Assembly: GCA_003971905.1 (NCBI GenBank)
Contig: RSEE01000027.1
Span: 124,001-188,000 of the forward strand
Direction: 5' to 3'
Length of the DNA: 64,000 bases
From: Moniliella sp. 'wahieum'
Lineage: Eukaryota
In this document: positions 13,801-26,459 of the stretch, piece by piece
Position numbering within the stretch: the stretch's first letter is position 1
Layout of the letters: the number at the start of each line of letters is the position of its first letter
Position numbers and translations under genes: made by a program
Notes under the pieces: model-generated
The model's input: only the letters and a program-made list of their open reading frames with translations
Told to the model about the DNA's origin: nothing
The model's database searches: none

Positions 13801-16103
13801 ATTAGAGGACTGGTGCGACGCGGAACAACACCGAAGGAGCGAGACGCTCGGGACGAAGAGCTTGGAAATGGGAGCGAGGTCCGCCAAACTATTATGACAG
13901 TACCTTTTGACCGTTGAACGCGGCAGTAGTGCATAATTTTGTAACGCCCAAGGCATACCGTGTAACATAACGCGTATAACGCGTAATATGCACACAAAAC
14001 ACCTGAAACACTCCTGCCGAGAGTCGCCACTTTTTCCTGGGGACGTTTGCCTAGAGCTGTGGTATTTTACAGGCTGCAGCAGTCTGAAGGCGGCTTCAAG
14101 CTTCAAGCTTCATGTGTCATGCATCATGGCTCACGTTGACGCTGTGGGCCGCTGATGCACTGATGGCGCTGATGCACTGATGTAGTATGATGGGAGATGT
14201 GCACTGTAATGCATGTAATGAGTCCATGGCTCGCTCAGCTGCATGTGACAGCGGTTCCAGGGATATAACTCGGGATAGGTGTCCCAGTACGTTTTCCCTA
14301 GAGGTTCTCCACCTCAAAAACAATCCGGTTTTCCCTTTCTCTTCCGGTCTTAGTAACACTTTTTGCTGTCAGCTTGAGCGTCAATACTCAACTTGAGTGT
14401 TGAGCCATTGAAGCGATGAACCTAACGTTGTCAGCATCTGAGTACTCAGCCGCGGAGGGTGACGCTAGTGACACCCACCGATACCACCGATACCACCGAT
14501 ACCTATCGAGAGCGGAAGCATGGATCGGGCGTTGCTGCATTTTTTGCAGCTGTTGTTCCAGAGACGAACGCGCCATCAGCAAGTCGCAAAGTGGCGACGG
14601 GCTGGAATCGCCGGAATCCGCTGCAATCTGATACAGGTCTCAGTCCTTGTTCCTGGATCCTACTAGCTACTCCCCTCCCAACCAGCACGAAACCTGGCGG
14701 CCAATGTGGACCGCGGATTGGCGGATCATCGATCATTAATCGTCTCGATCCATGAATATTGAATGGGGCCAATGGGAACACATGTGGGACTGGCACAGAC
14801 TACCACCTGGCTCGGCTTTAGGGCAAGGATCTGATTGCGAGAGCCGAGCAGCGCTAGCACGTGGGCCGCCAAAAAGCGCCAGCGCTGCTCTCCGCTCCGC
14901 AAGGTACTAGTGGCTATGATAGGCCCAAGACGAGATGATAAATTGGTAGTTATACATGGCATGATGATGATGATGATGGGCCCTCTGCTCGAACCCTGGA
15001 GCATGTGACTGGCCGGATGCCGTGTGCCAGCGACCAGGGTCTTTCGCCCGGCATCTGGCTCGGCAAGGGGGCTTCCACACCGCACACACCGCAGCCTGCC
15101 GAAACTTGCCGATGCGGGCGACCGCGGGCCACTGCACGGGGGGACAGTCAGTGCGCTTGGCGCCCAGGCTGCGCAGCAGCGCTGAGCGCACGCAGCTTGC
15201 GTTCCATTATCGCCTGCTTTTCATGATTGGGCCGAGGCCGAGCGCTGAGCACGGGGCTCTCTGCGAACAGCCCACGCGGCTGCGCAAGGCTGTGCGCACC
15301 GAGGCCAGCCAGAACAGAGGACCACCGTCGATCCTGTCATGTCTTTCTCCTACAGCAGGTGGCCTGCCCAACAGGGGCACCTGCCAGACGCAGATAGCAT
15401 GGGCAAGAGCAGGGAGCGAAAGTGGCAAGGAAGGGAAGGGAGGGAGAGAAGCGCGAGCGGCGCGACAGGGAAGCAGCCAGCAATTTCCGCGGGGGAAGAG
15501 GGTGGGGGTGTGCGTGCGGTTGGACATGGGATGGGCTGCGAGTGGCTGCTGGTTGTGACGTGACGCGTGAGGCCCACGCATGAGTACCAGGGATGGAGTA
15601 CCTGAATGGGGGGAGAGCCGGGCACTGGGGCGCGGAGGCAGACGAGGGCAGGCACGCAGGCGCAGGATGCCGAGGCAGGCTGCTGGGATCCCAGACAAGG
15701 GAGAGCTGCGAGCCCCTGGTATGTGGGGGCGGAGCGAAGACGCTGATAGGGACGGGCGCCGGAGAAGGCTTGGCGTGGCGCCGAGCAGGTGGTGGCATGC
15801 GGGAGCTCGGCAGCGCCTGTGTTGCTCGGTGGGTGCAGTAGCATGCGACCGCAGCCGTCCGAGCCCACGACACTGGCCGGCACCAGCCCACACTCGGCCA
15901 CTGCCCCCCGCTCGCTTGCTCGGCGCTCGAGAGCACGCTGCGGCACTGCGCAGCTGGACTCGGGCCCAGCCGGCAGCGCTGCTATCGGCAGTACACTGTA
16001 CCTGTACAGCAAGCACTCAACCCAGCCCGCGGCTTCGGACGAGCGCTGCCGTCTCTGGTGTGCCTGGCCACAGGGGGGGGTAGCAGGAATGGCCCGCCAT
16101 GCC

Positions 16104-17410
16104 ATGCCCCTCTCCGCTCCCTCCCACTCCCCCCACCAGCACCACCAGCACCAGACCACCGCCCGTCTTCTCTCCCTCTCCTTCCCTCGCATGTCAGTCG
16201 CCCGGGCGCAATGGACCAGCCAATTAGACCAGCCCTGGTCGAGGCCTTTGCACAAAAACCCCTCCATCCCAGTCGGCCCTCCTCGGGGCCGCAACAGCTT
16301 TTGGCCCGCCGTGGCCCGGGCCATGCCACTGCCCATCCCCGCCAACACGAGGACGAGCGGGAACTGTGCGATTCGCTCCGGCATCGACTCAAGCGTCTGC
16401 GTCAATACGCCGCTCAAATTCATCGTCTCCTCACCCACCCAGCTCAGCTCTTTGTCTGGGACCCCGTCTCCTTCAAGGTTCTCACTTCCCCCAGCACCCC
16501 CACTGGGCACCCGATGACACAGCCTGGGCCTGCATCGGCAATGCGACACTGCGCCATCGTCTGCGCCATTCCACCTTCCCCTGGTACCCACGCCTGGTGT
16601 TACTGCTGGATGACGAGGATCGTCGCACAGCACCCTCGCTTTGTCTCTCTCTTCCTCCATATCCACCGAGGTAGGGAGCGAGGCGTCGGCTCCCAGCTCG
16701 CTGGCTGCCGTTATTGCCTCGCCTGAAGCTTCGAGCTCAGCGCAGAGGGGGCGTAAACGCCGCGCCACTACCGTTTCCTCCTCCGCCTCCTTGTCCTCGA
16801 CTGACGACCTGTCCACACCTGTTGATGAAAAGCAGGCCGGTCTAGCCTTGTTGCCCAAGAAGCGTGCCCGCACCACGGACGGATCTCCTGCTGTTGAAAG
16901 GCACAGACTCAACAGTCCGGTGGGCAAACGAGCATGGACAACCGAGAGGGATGTGATGTTGGTCGAATGTTATATGGATAGTTTGGCCTCGGCCCCATCG
17001 GATTCCTCGACCTCTGGCCCGGCGCCTGGGATTCGAAGGACGAGCAGTGTGTGGGGGGATTGTGCGAAAAGTGTTTGGGCCCTCGTTTGAGGCAGGCGAG
17101 GAGCGTGAAGCGGGGGATTCGGCACGGCACCGGCTCAAGAAACTGAAAGGCTATGCGGCGCAAATTCATCAGCTGCTCAAGACGACCGACCAACTCTTTG
17201 TTTGGGACTCGACCAATGCCTGCCTTCGCGTCAATACTGCGTTGGGCCACGACGAGGAGGCCACCTGGGCCAAGATTCGCAACCCCCAAGTACGCAATCG
17301 TTTGATGCGAGCTCACTATCCTTGGTTTCCGCGCATCCGCATCGCCGAGTCCGACTTGCCCAGCACCTTTTACACCACCACCTTGGCGCTCACCTATTTT
17401 CAAGGTTCGC
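16104..17410 (+). CDS. Protein with two tandem Myb/SANT-like (Myb_DNA-bind_3, Harbinger-type) domains
   Basis: Repeat 1 QWTSQLDQ(A)LVEAF..SFWPAVARAM..DSLRHRLKRLRQYAAQIHRLLTHPAQLFVWD..FPWYPRL; repeat 2 AWTTERDVMLVECY..SVWGDCAKSV..DSARHRLKKLKGYAAQIHQLLKTTDQLFVWD..W..YPWFPRI. This matches the WT-D-LVE / W--VA / LKxRxKxLK-Y / WD / FP-Y layout. May extend to about 18170. Confidence 0.7.
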
Positions 17411-18381
17411 CTAGGTCACCGGTCCAAGCCACAGTCTCTTCATCCACCCCGGCCCCTGCTAGGGTATCCCTCCCTCCCCTCTCCTCCCCCCTCCACCACG
17501 GACACTACAGGGGCAGACCCACTACCCATTCGCTTATTCTGCTCGTCAGTATCCATTGTATGAGGTCCCCCTTCATATCGTTTGCCCCTTGGCCCAGCAC
17601 ATACACCGTACTTTGTTCGAGAGGAGCCTGCTTCCGCAACCTGGTCCGGGGCTCGTCTGCCCCCTCTCGCGCGGAGGGACGGGCCGAGCAAGAGCTTGAC
17701 GGATCCTGCTCACCATACTGTCCTGCCCTCCTTGCGTGGCCCTCGTCGAAGCCTGCCTCCTGCTCTGCCTGCCTTGACCTGGACCGGTGCCCCACCTTCT
17801 GCCGCTCGCCCATTCCGACAGACCCGTACCCTCCCACCGCTTCCTACCTTAAAGAAAGCACCTTCGCCCCCGCCCTACCACTTTTCCCCTTCGCCTCCGC
17901 CATCCCTGACGTCCTCGCCGGAACCCGGTTTGGGAAGCGTGACGAGCAGCAGCCACATCATCCTCTCCGACATGGAACGAGGCCTGTGTGGGCCGCATCC
18001 CCAGGCCACCACCTACCTCGTGGGCCTGACCAAGCTCACCTCGGCGCAGCGGGAACTTTTGAATCCGTTCGCCGATTCGATCCGGCCTCCTCGCTGGACG
18101 ATAGGGAAGGCGAGCGCAGGCGGGCGGAACGGGCGTATGCGTTGTTGGGCCAGCTCATACCACGCCCCTAGCCCTCCTGCCTGGCATCCTGGCATGCGTG
18201 CCATTTTGATTGTCCCCTCGCTGGCGCTCGCTCTTTCCCGCCTTGCGGGGGCTGCCCCAGCTCGAGATGTGTTACGTTGTTGTATCTATATCTGTGGATC
18301 GGCTGATACGTGATAGACCGCGGACAGCAGATGGGAGGGGTGCCTGTCCCGAGGTGGGAGACGGGGCGGATGGATTTCTTG

Positions 18382-18889
18382 TTACGGGCTGGCAGGCCTT
18401 CCTTCGGGATGAAGGTTGACAACAATGTTGCCCATGGTGGATTGGGAGTAGGGGCAAATGCCCTCGGCCAGCTGCATCAGTTTCCCCACCGCCTGCTTGT
18501 CCGGCTCGGAGGTCAAGGCATAAATGTCAGCGGCAAAGCCAAACAGTTTGCCCGTGTCGGGCGGGCCGACGTGCACCTCCACCTCAATTGCCAAATCGGG
18601 GGGACAAGGAGCTTGTGTTGCCGCGCGCCGAGCTGGAGCGAGGAGAAAAAGCACGCGCTCCAGCCGGCGGCCATCAGCTGCTCGGGGTTCACCCCGCTCG
18701 CTGCATGGGCACGCCCAGCTTGAGCTCCAGCCCGGCCTCGGGCACCCGCACGTGGCCCGCGCGGGCAAGACCGGCCGAGGTGCCGGTGGCGGTGTACTTG
18801 ATGCTGGTCAGGTGAGCCACGGCGCGCGGGGGCGGCAGACAGTGCGCGCGGCAGAGAAAGGATGCGGCGGCGGGCGCACGGAGCAGCAT
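18382..18889 (-). CDS. ohr: Organic hydroperoxide resistance protein Ohr (OsmC/Ohr family) with predicted mitochondrial presequence
   Basis: IKYTATGTSAG-RAGHV, NPEQLMAAGWSACF and ICPYS (two catalytic Cys); Arg/Ala-rich, acid-free N-terminal extension MLLRAPAAASFLCRAHC; split by frameshifts. Confidence 0.88.
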
Positions 18890-19143
18890 GGCGGTGGGGG
18901 GGGCTATCTATATCTAAGACGTGCGGTTGGGGCTTGAGGTCGCATCACGTGAGAAGTGGGTGGGACGGTGGCACGTGAGATCTGAGAGGCGAGGCGGGCG
19001 GAACGGGGCGGCGGAAGACGCAGCAGGAGTACTGACTAGGGCGGCCGCCTGGCTGCACCACCTGGCCCAGGGCGCCCCCAGAAGCAGAAGCGGCGCCACC
19101 AGTCTTCGCCTGCGGCCGACGCCCCCCCCCCGCCCCCTCCGCC

Positions 19144-21939
19144 ATGGCCTCCTTCTTCAGCCAGGTCTCGTCCTTCATCGGCCGCACCAACATCTCCTCC
19201 AACTACACCATCGACGACCACTCTGCCCCCGCCATCGTCGGCCTCTGGAAGGTGTACCGCGGCACCCGCTCCTCTCTGCCAGCGTCGCTGCTGCTGCTGC
19301 TGCCTCGCCTGTCGCCCGCCGCGACGCCAGCATCTGGGTCCACCGCTTCGACAGCTCCCGAGGGCGCGACAAGAGCGCCATCGTCGCCCAGGCACGCAAG
19401 GAAGCCAGTGCGCTCGCGCGCTTGCGCCACCCCTGTGTGCTGGAAGTGATTGAACCGCTGGAGGAAACACGCGCCGAGCTGACGTTTGCGACCGAGCCCA
19501 TTGTAGCGCCCCTGCGCGATGCCCTGGCGCACGACCACCGCGCCGACGTCCAACTGGACGAGGTGGAAATCCAAAAGGGCCTCCTCACCGTCGCGCGCGC
19601 ACTTGACTTTCTCCACCAGGCCAACATGGTCCATGGCAACCTGACCCCCGATGCCGTGCTGATCAATGCCAAGGGCGACTGGAAACTGGCTGGGTTTGGA
19701 TTTTTGACACCGCTCCAGCAACCGGACGGGTCCGCCACGCCTTGGTCCTTCCCCGAATACGATGCTTCCCTCCCCTCGGCGCTGAGCCGGGACTGGGATT
19801 ACCTGGCGCCCGAGTATGCGCTGGACGAGCAACTGCTGCCGGCCAACGACCTCTACTCTCTGGGCTGCATGGTGTACGCAGCCAACTCCAAGGGGAGCCG
19901 CCGTTCCGAAATGGGCATTCGGCCATCACGCTCCGGCAGCACGCCGATGCCATCACGGCCCAGCTTCATTCCACGGCCTGGTCCCGCCTGGGCCGGGATT
20001 TGATCGATCTGCTGGCCGGGCTGCTGACACGGTATCCAGGCAGTCGCTTGACCGCCGCGCAGTTCCAAGCTAGCAATTACTTCAACAACCTCGTGTCCAC
20101 ACTCAAGTTTATGGAACGCGACTCGTTTGCCGGGCGGCAAAAGAGGAGCGAGTGTCGTTTCTCAAGGGTTGCTTAAGGTGCTCCCGCAATTCTCCGATCG
20201 CTTGCTCCGACGAAAAGTGATGCCGGCGCTGTTGGAGTTGATGTCAGACCGATCTCTTTTGCCCTTTGTCTTGCCCAACATCTTTTTTATTAGCAAGAAC
20301 CTGTCCCTCATTGAGTTCCAGACCAACGTTCTCCCCAAGCTCGAACCCCTCTTTGTTCTTGCCGACCCGCCGCAAAACCAACGTACGTGCTCCTCTTTTT
20401 TTTCTTTCCCCTCCCCCCCCCCTTTCACTTCCATCTTTCTTTGGTCCCTTTCTGTATACTAAGCCCACACATCCATCTCACCCTTTTTCCCTTTAGTTTT
20501 GCTGATCGACGAGATTGATTTTTGTGGCCAAGACCAGCCCGGAAGCGTTCCGGACGAACGTGACGCCGCTCCTGTACGCCGGTTTGGAAAACGAGAGCGC
20601 GACGGTGCAAGAGCGTGCGCTGTCGGTGCTACCGCGGTTGTTGGAAGTACTTGGGTTTGCCCATGTCAAGGACACATCCTTCCCCGCGTTGCCCAACTCT
20701 TTTCCCGCACCAAAGTGCTCAGCGTCAAATGCAAAACCTTGGTTGCGTTCCATGCGATGGTTGATACCCTGGACCGATACACACTCACCGAGAAGCTCGT
20801 CCCGCTCCTGGCGCGCATCAAGACCAAGGAGCCGTCGGTGATGATGTCCTCGTTGACGGTTTATGTCGCGATGGCAGCCAAGGTCGATCGGGAGACGCTG
20901 GGCGCAGCGGTGCTGCCCCAACTGTGGATGATGGCCATGACGCCCTTGCTGAGTGCCGACCAGTTTACCGAGTTTATGACTGCGATCCAGGAGATGGGCG
21001 AGCGCGTCCGTCGCGAGCAACTCGCCCATCTGCGCGACATGAAACGCATGCAGGACCATACCGAGAGTTACGTTGCAGGCGGAACAGCCGGCGCGCCCAG
21101 CGCACCGAGCGGCGGCGAGGTGGACTTTGCCACCTTGGTCGGCTCGGGCGGGAGCGGGGGGACGAGCTCCGAGCCGCTCGATGGCTTGTCCGCCCGCGCC
21201 CCAGCTACCATCACCCCGACCCTCACCCCGTCCCTCACCCCGTCCCACACGGGATCCCCGCGTTCTTGACGCCCACCGCGACGGGTACCAGCACGGGGGG
21301 ATCATCGGCGGCGCCTCTCCAGCGTTGGTTCGGGGATCAACTCGTTTACGCCTCCCTTGGCTCCCTCGGCGCCGCCCGCACGCGCTCGGGCCGCCGCCCC
21401 TCCCACCCAGCGCCCGGTGCGTATGCAGTCCACGCCGTCTAGCAACACTCCCGCCCCTGCTCCTGCTCCTGCTCCTGCTACTGCCGCGTCCCTTTTCCTC
21501 GCTTCGCAGCACCCTTCCACCCTTCGCCCCTTGGCTCGCCCTCGCCAGCCCCCTTGTCCGGCACGCTGTCCGTAGCAGGCATGGGCGCGTCGTTGCCTCC
21601 CCTCACACCTACCACCAGCTCGCTGGGCCCGATATCCTCGTCGTTTTCTACGCCCGTACCGCCCTCGAGCTCTGCGTCGGGCATGGCGAGCATGGGCATG
21701 GGCATGGGCATGGGCACGGGAAGGGAAGGGGAACGGGAACGGGTATGGGAACGGGTATGGGAACGGGTATGGGAACGGGTATGAGTATGGGCATGCTCGC
21801 TCCCTCCCCGCCGCCGGCCCAGCACGCCTCGCGCGCCAGCTCGCCCGCCTGGTCTGGCGGCGTCTTGACGCCTTCCAAGCCGCCCCAGCCTTCCCGCCCG
21901 CAAGCCAATGCGTGGGCGGACTTTGATCCGCTCAAGTGA
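19144..21939 (+). CDS. SCY1: SCY1-like (SCYL2/Scy1/Ppk32) pseudokinase with HEAT repeats
   Basis: LARLRHPCVLEVIEPLEETRAELTFATEP, LDEVEIQKGLL, FLHQANMVHGNLTPDAVLINAKGDWKLAGFGF, DYLAPEYALDE; C-terminal WADFDPLK; intron about 20383-20496 (GTACGT...TAG). Confidence 0.92.
21690..21792 (+). repeat. Coding (ATGGGC)n and (ATGGGAACGGGT)n repeats giving MG/MGTG runs in the SCY1 tail
   Basis: Direct reading of sequence. Confidence 0.85.
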
Positions 21940-22575
21940 ACTGAGGACGGCGGACAGAGGACGGAGGACGGAGGACGGAACAACGAGAAACGAGGATGGA
22001 ACAACGAGGAACGAGGAACGAAAGGAACATGGGCCTGGTTGCGGTGCGGTACGCTGGTACGGTCCTACCGTCCTGGTTTGACCTCCGTCGGCCGAGGTAC
22101 AAGTAGATGTAGGTGCCTGGGGAACGGCAGAGCGGCGGGGGGGCAAGGTGCGAGAAGGAGCCAGGCTAAGGCCAAGGGCCTAATCGCCAGGACAGCACAG
22201 CACAGCACAACGCCAAATGCCAACGTACATGAGCGACACGCTAGCCTTTGCACTGCTAGAATCGGAGGCGGCGAGGAGGGGGGGACACCAATGCAAACGT
22301 CACCGCGAATGCCGACTAGCGCCTAGAAAGGAGATGCCCGCCGGCCCCCTGGCCTCTGGTCCTGGCGCCCCGCGTCGCGTCCTAAGGCTCAAGATCGCTC
22401 AAGCTTCAAGATTCAAGGGGGTAAGGAACTATTGAACGTTGACCTATCCAACCAGCCACTCGTGTCGCCGCGCTGCGGCGCTCGGGCGCAAGGTGCATCA
22501 GGTAGGATCTAGCATCCGTCCCGTCCTCGGCGCCTGCGGACGTCACGGGCGTTGGGGAGCTGAGGTATACCGAGT

Positions 22576-22677
22576 AGGCTAGGAGGCCAGGAGGCTAGGA
22601 GGCTAGGAGGCTAGGAGGCTAGGAGGCTAGGAGGCTAGGAGGCTAGGAGGCTAGGAGGCTAGGAGGCTAGGAGGCTA
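22576..22677. repeat. (AGGCTAGG)n 8-bp tandem repeat, about 12 copies
   Basis: Direct reading; one variant unit AGGCCAGG. Confidence 0.95.
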
Positions 22678-23039
22678 CGGGGCTATGGGGCTACGCGACC
22701 ACTCCTCTCCCCTCGCGCCTGCGCAACGCAACGCAACCATAGACGTGGCAGTGGCAGACAGACACGAAGCTCCGAGGCGAGGGGGGGAGGTGGAATTTGC
22801 CACGGCGAAACAAGGCAAGGCAAGGCAAGGTAAGGTGGTAAGGTGGTAAGGTACCTGGTACATGGTACAGTGGTACAGAGGCCAAGGGTGGCCGGTGGCA
22901 TGGCCATGGCCATGAGCATACCAACCCAACCAAACAAAAAATGGTCCAAAAAGGGCAGAAAAGCAAGCTGAGCGGGTAAGGGGGCGCGAGGGAGCGGCGC
23001 AAAACGGTAGCAGTGCCGTTCAGGATCAGGGGGAGTGGT

Positions 23040-23130
23040 GGTGAGAGTGAGAGTGAGAGAGCGAGAGCGAGAGCGAGAGCGAGAGCGCGAGTGAGAGTGA
23101 GGAACGAGGGAAGAGCGAGAGAGAGACTGA
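23040..23130. repeat. (GAGAGT/GAGAGC)n purine-rich microsatellite
   Basis: Direct reading of sequence. Confidence 0.85.
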
Positions 23131-23439
23131 GAGCACGGGTGGGAGGGGAGGGGGAGGGGGAACGAGGATGCTCGATGAGAGCCGGGACAAGGTCCAGTTA
23201 AGGGCAGCTAGGCCGACGTGGGACATGGCGAGACGTAGGAGGTAGGACGAGACAGGGGACGAGAGCCCTAGGGGTTTGGTGAGCATCGGCCCAGCGCCTC
23301 CTTGCTCTTCCCCTTCCCCTTGTCCTTCCGCCAGCCAACGAACGAGAGCATAGGGGGTAGCAGTGGGAACTCTAGGAGAGCGTGCGCGCGCGATAACGAG
23401 AGAGCTAGAGAGAGAGAGGGGGAGAGAGAAAAAGAGAGA

Positions 23440-25700
23440 TCATTGTGCCATACCGTACCCGACGGGAATAGGGCTTGGGAACAGATTTGGCCCGGGGGAG
23501 CGGGAGGCGCTGCAGTGGGGTAACCTGCGCCTGCGGGGGGCCCGGCCGATAAGGGGAACGGGTTGGTGCGGGGGGTCCAAGTGGGTGACGGGGCCGGGGG
23601 CTGGGGCTGGGGGGGCAGGTGCGCCGGTCCTACGCCGTTGGACGAGGGCAAGGAGTAGGAGGCCAGTGGCGAGGGGCTCGGGTGGAGGAAAGGGTTGGTG
23701 AGGCTGCCACCAGTGTGGGTGGGTACCAATGGCGCAGGGGCGAGGGGGGCGCTGGGGCTCATGCCAGGCCAAGCACTCGTCTTGCCCAAAGGAAGGCCGG
23801 GCGAAACACTTGTCCTCATCGGAGACAGGACCGGCGAAACGTTCATCCCCATGGCAGGCACCACAGGTGAAGCACTGTTCCCCGTAGGTGTGCCCCCCAG
23901 TGACCCATTGGCCCCCATAGCAAACGGATTGAGCGAACCACGCCGCAGGTCGGGAACCGGAGCCGGAGTAGAGTAGAGCCCATGCTGGATTGGGTGGAAC
24001 CGGCAGGCACGGCCAAGCCAGCTGTTCCGAGTGGGCTGGACCGCGTGCCCGCCGCACTGACCGAACGTGGGCCGGCGCCAAAATACGAATTGCCGCTCTG
24101 TTGCGGCACAAGCGGGGCCGAGGTAGGTGTCGAAGGCGGGGGCGGCTGGGCCTCCAGCGCATCGAAAAACGATGTGACTGGGTCAGTGGCGGGAGCAGAG
24201 ACGGGCGCGGGGACGGGGGCGGGGGCTGCGGTAGAACCCGTACCGAACGGGGCAAACGTCGGCAGAGAAGAAGGTTTGCCGTACCCCAAATTAGCCGAGC
24301 CGGGACCCGATGATATGCCTGGACCTGAAGAGGGAATACCTGGCCCGGATCGGAGGGCGAGACCATGGGATGCGGCCGGTGGAGCGTTGACAGCAGCAAG
24401 GGCGGGTGCCGTGGTCTGGTTGGACCGCAGGCTAGAGGCGGCCGATGCTGACACGGTGCGTGCCCTTGCTTGCGTCGGTGCCTCGAGGCTGGTGAACACT
24501 GGCGCGTTCGAAGGAAGCGGTGGAGGTGGGGTAACACTGCGGAATGAGGCACTGTGGGGGGAAGGAGAGACGAGGGAGCGAGAACGGCGCTTCTGCCCGG
24601 GTGACACGCTTCCAACGGAAACGGGATTCAGGCCAGGACTCATGCGGGGGCTAGGGCGGGTGGCAGAGACGGAAGAGGAAGTAGATGGGAAGGCGGTCGC
24701 ATGCGGCGAGGGAGGCAAGCGGGCAGAAGAACTGCGTCTTTCGTCGTCCCTGTTGGCGATGAATGTGGCCCTGCGTACCGCCTTGGCCGAGGCCGAAAGC
24801 GAGAGTCGTTTTCTCAACGAAGGAGTTGACCTTCCCGGCTCTGGCATGCCAGCGAGGTCGTACGAGGACGCAGAGGGAAGAGTGGGGATCATTTCGGCCT
24901 GATACGGCTCGAGGATTTCCATGTCGCCCGGATCGTCATGTGCGTCCCATGCCTTTCCGCGCGCCTTGGCTGATTGGCGTGCCTTCATGTTGCGGGAGGT
25001 GGACTTGGACCGCTTTGGCGCCAGAGGATCGTCGGGCGGAGGGCGCCAGGCCACGACCGCCTCGGGTCCAGTTCCAGTTCGCTCTCGGATTCTTCTTCGG
25101 GCGGGGCCCGGGAGGCGTGGGAGCCGAAGGGTGGGTGGGGTCCGAGTCGCGCGTGGAATGGATTGCCTTGGTCACCACGTCGTCCTGATGGGCCAAGAAG
25201 GACTTGAGAGCGACATCGGCTTCGTGGATGCGTTTGTGCTGGGCTGGGTCGGGGGGCGGGAGGTTGGTGGCATAGGCTGCGGGACCGACAAGCGCGCGTC
25301 CGGTCATGTCTTCAAGCAAACGCAGGTCCGCTTGTGACAGCTCTTCCAACGCAATCTCGACCATAGCGCCCTGTACGGTGTGAAGACGGAGCTTGCAGCC
25401 CCCCGGACCAGTGAAGCCGACAAACTCGGCGTCGACACTGAACTGGCCAGTGCGATCGTGCCAGCTGTGGGTGTTGGTGGCCAAGGGCGGGCCCTTGGGT
25501 GGCTTGCGGTCGCGGTTGCGGCGGGGGGGTGATGTGGTGTGGGGGGGGAGCCCGGGGGGTGGAGTGGGCTCTGGGGGGAGGCAGGGTGGTGGGGCAGGGG
25601 GGGGAGGCGGGGGGGGTGGGCGTCGTATGGAGAGGCGGGAGGGGGTGGAGGGTTGCTTTCGGCGGGGGCGGGTGGAGATGGAGCGGAGGCGGGAGAACAT
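23440..25700 (-). CDS. SHD1 (Sla1 homology domain 1) protein with Pro/Ser-rich tail and NPF motifs
   Basis: HSWHDRTGQFSVDAEFVGF..KLRLHTVQGAMVEIALEELSQADLRLLEDMTG matches the SHD1 pattern of Sla1 (RTWTDRTG.F.VEA.F.G..HLHK.NG..IAV...LS..DL); tail has LNPF, TNPF x2 and LVPQQSG/LVPTHTGG. Confidence 0.75.
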
Positions 25701-26459
25701 GGGTGGGGTGGGGGGGGGGTGGCTGTGGCTGTGGTGGTGGTGATGGCTGTGGCGGTGGTGGTGGTGATGGCGGGTGCTGCTGCTGGTGATGGTGGTGAAG
25801 AGGAGGGTGCCAGAGCAAGGCAAGGCGTGGCTGCGCAACGGCAGGCGCGGGGAGAGCCCCCACAGCTCAACCCGCTCCAAGCTCCAACCCAGCTCCCAGC
25901 CGATGCGTGGCCGCCAGCATCACGCGTCACGCGTCATGCATGCGCCATGCAATGCCTCCCTGCAGTGGGCTGACAGTGGCAGGGTGCTGCGCATGCAGCT
26001 GAGCTCAGCACCGCGCCGGCTGCCACACCCGCTTGCTCCACCAGCGCTTGCCCCCACACTGCCCCTGCGCCCCCCCGCCGCTCCACCCGTCGGGCGTGCC
26101 AGCCACAGGGGCAGTCGCCTCCTGCCGCCCACCCACGGCCGATCCCAGTAAGCTCTGCATTCAAGCATACACGCCCCCTCCCTTGCAACTTTCACAGCTC
26201 CACCCGACCTAACCCACCCGCGTCCGACGCTGCCTATGAGTACTGACTAGACGCACTAGCATCCGCCGTAGCCCCCATCCCCACATACCTCGGCGAGAAG
26301 CCAGCGCCTGTGCCGCTCTTGGTCACCTACGCCCCGCTGGTCAGATGCATCTGCGCCATCGCCATCACCATCACTGCACCAGAGCATGAGCACTCAGGCC
26401 GAGTACTCAGCTGAGTACTGAATATCCATCGCATTCCTGCCTGCTTCTTCCCCCTGCAG

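Noticed and set aside
15350..16927. 525-aa minus-strand ORF and many other long GC-rich ORFs (e.g. 9016..10191, 23982..24902, 48087..48869)
   Set aside because: Antisense shadows of real genes or low-complexity GC-rich frames with no recognisable motifs.
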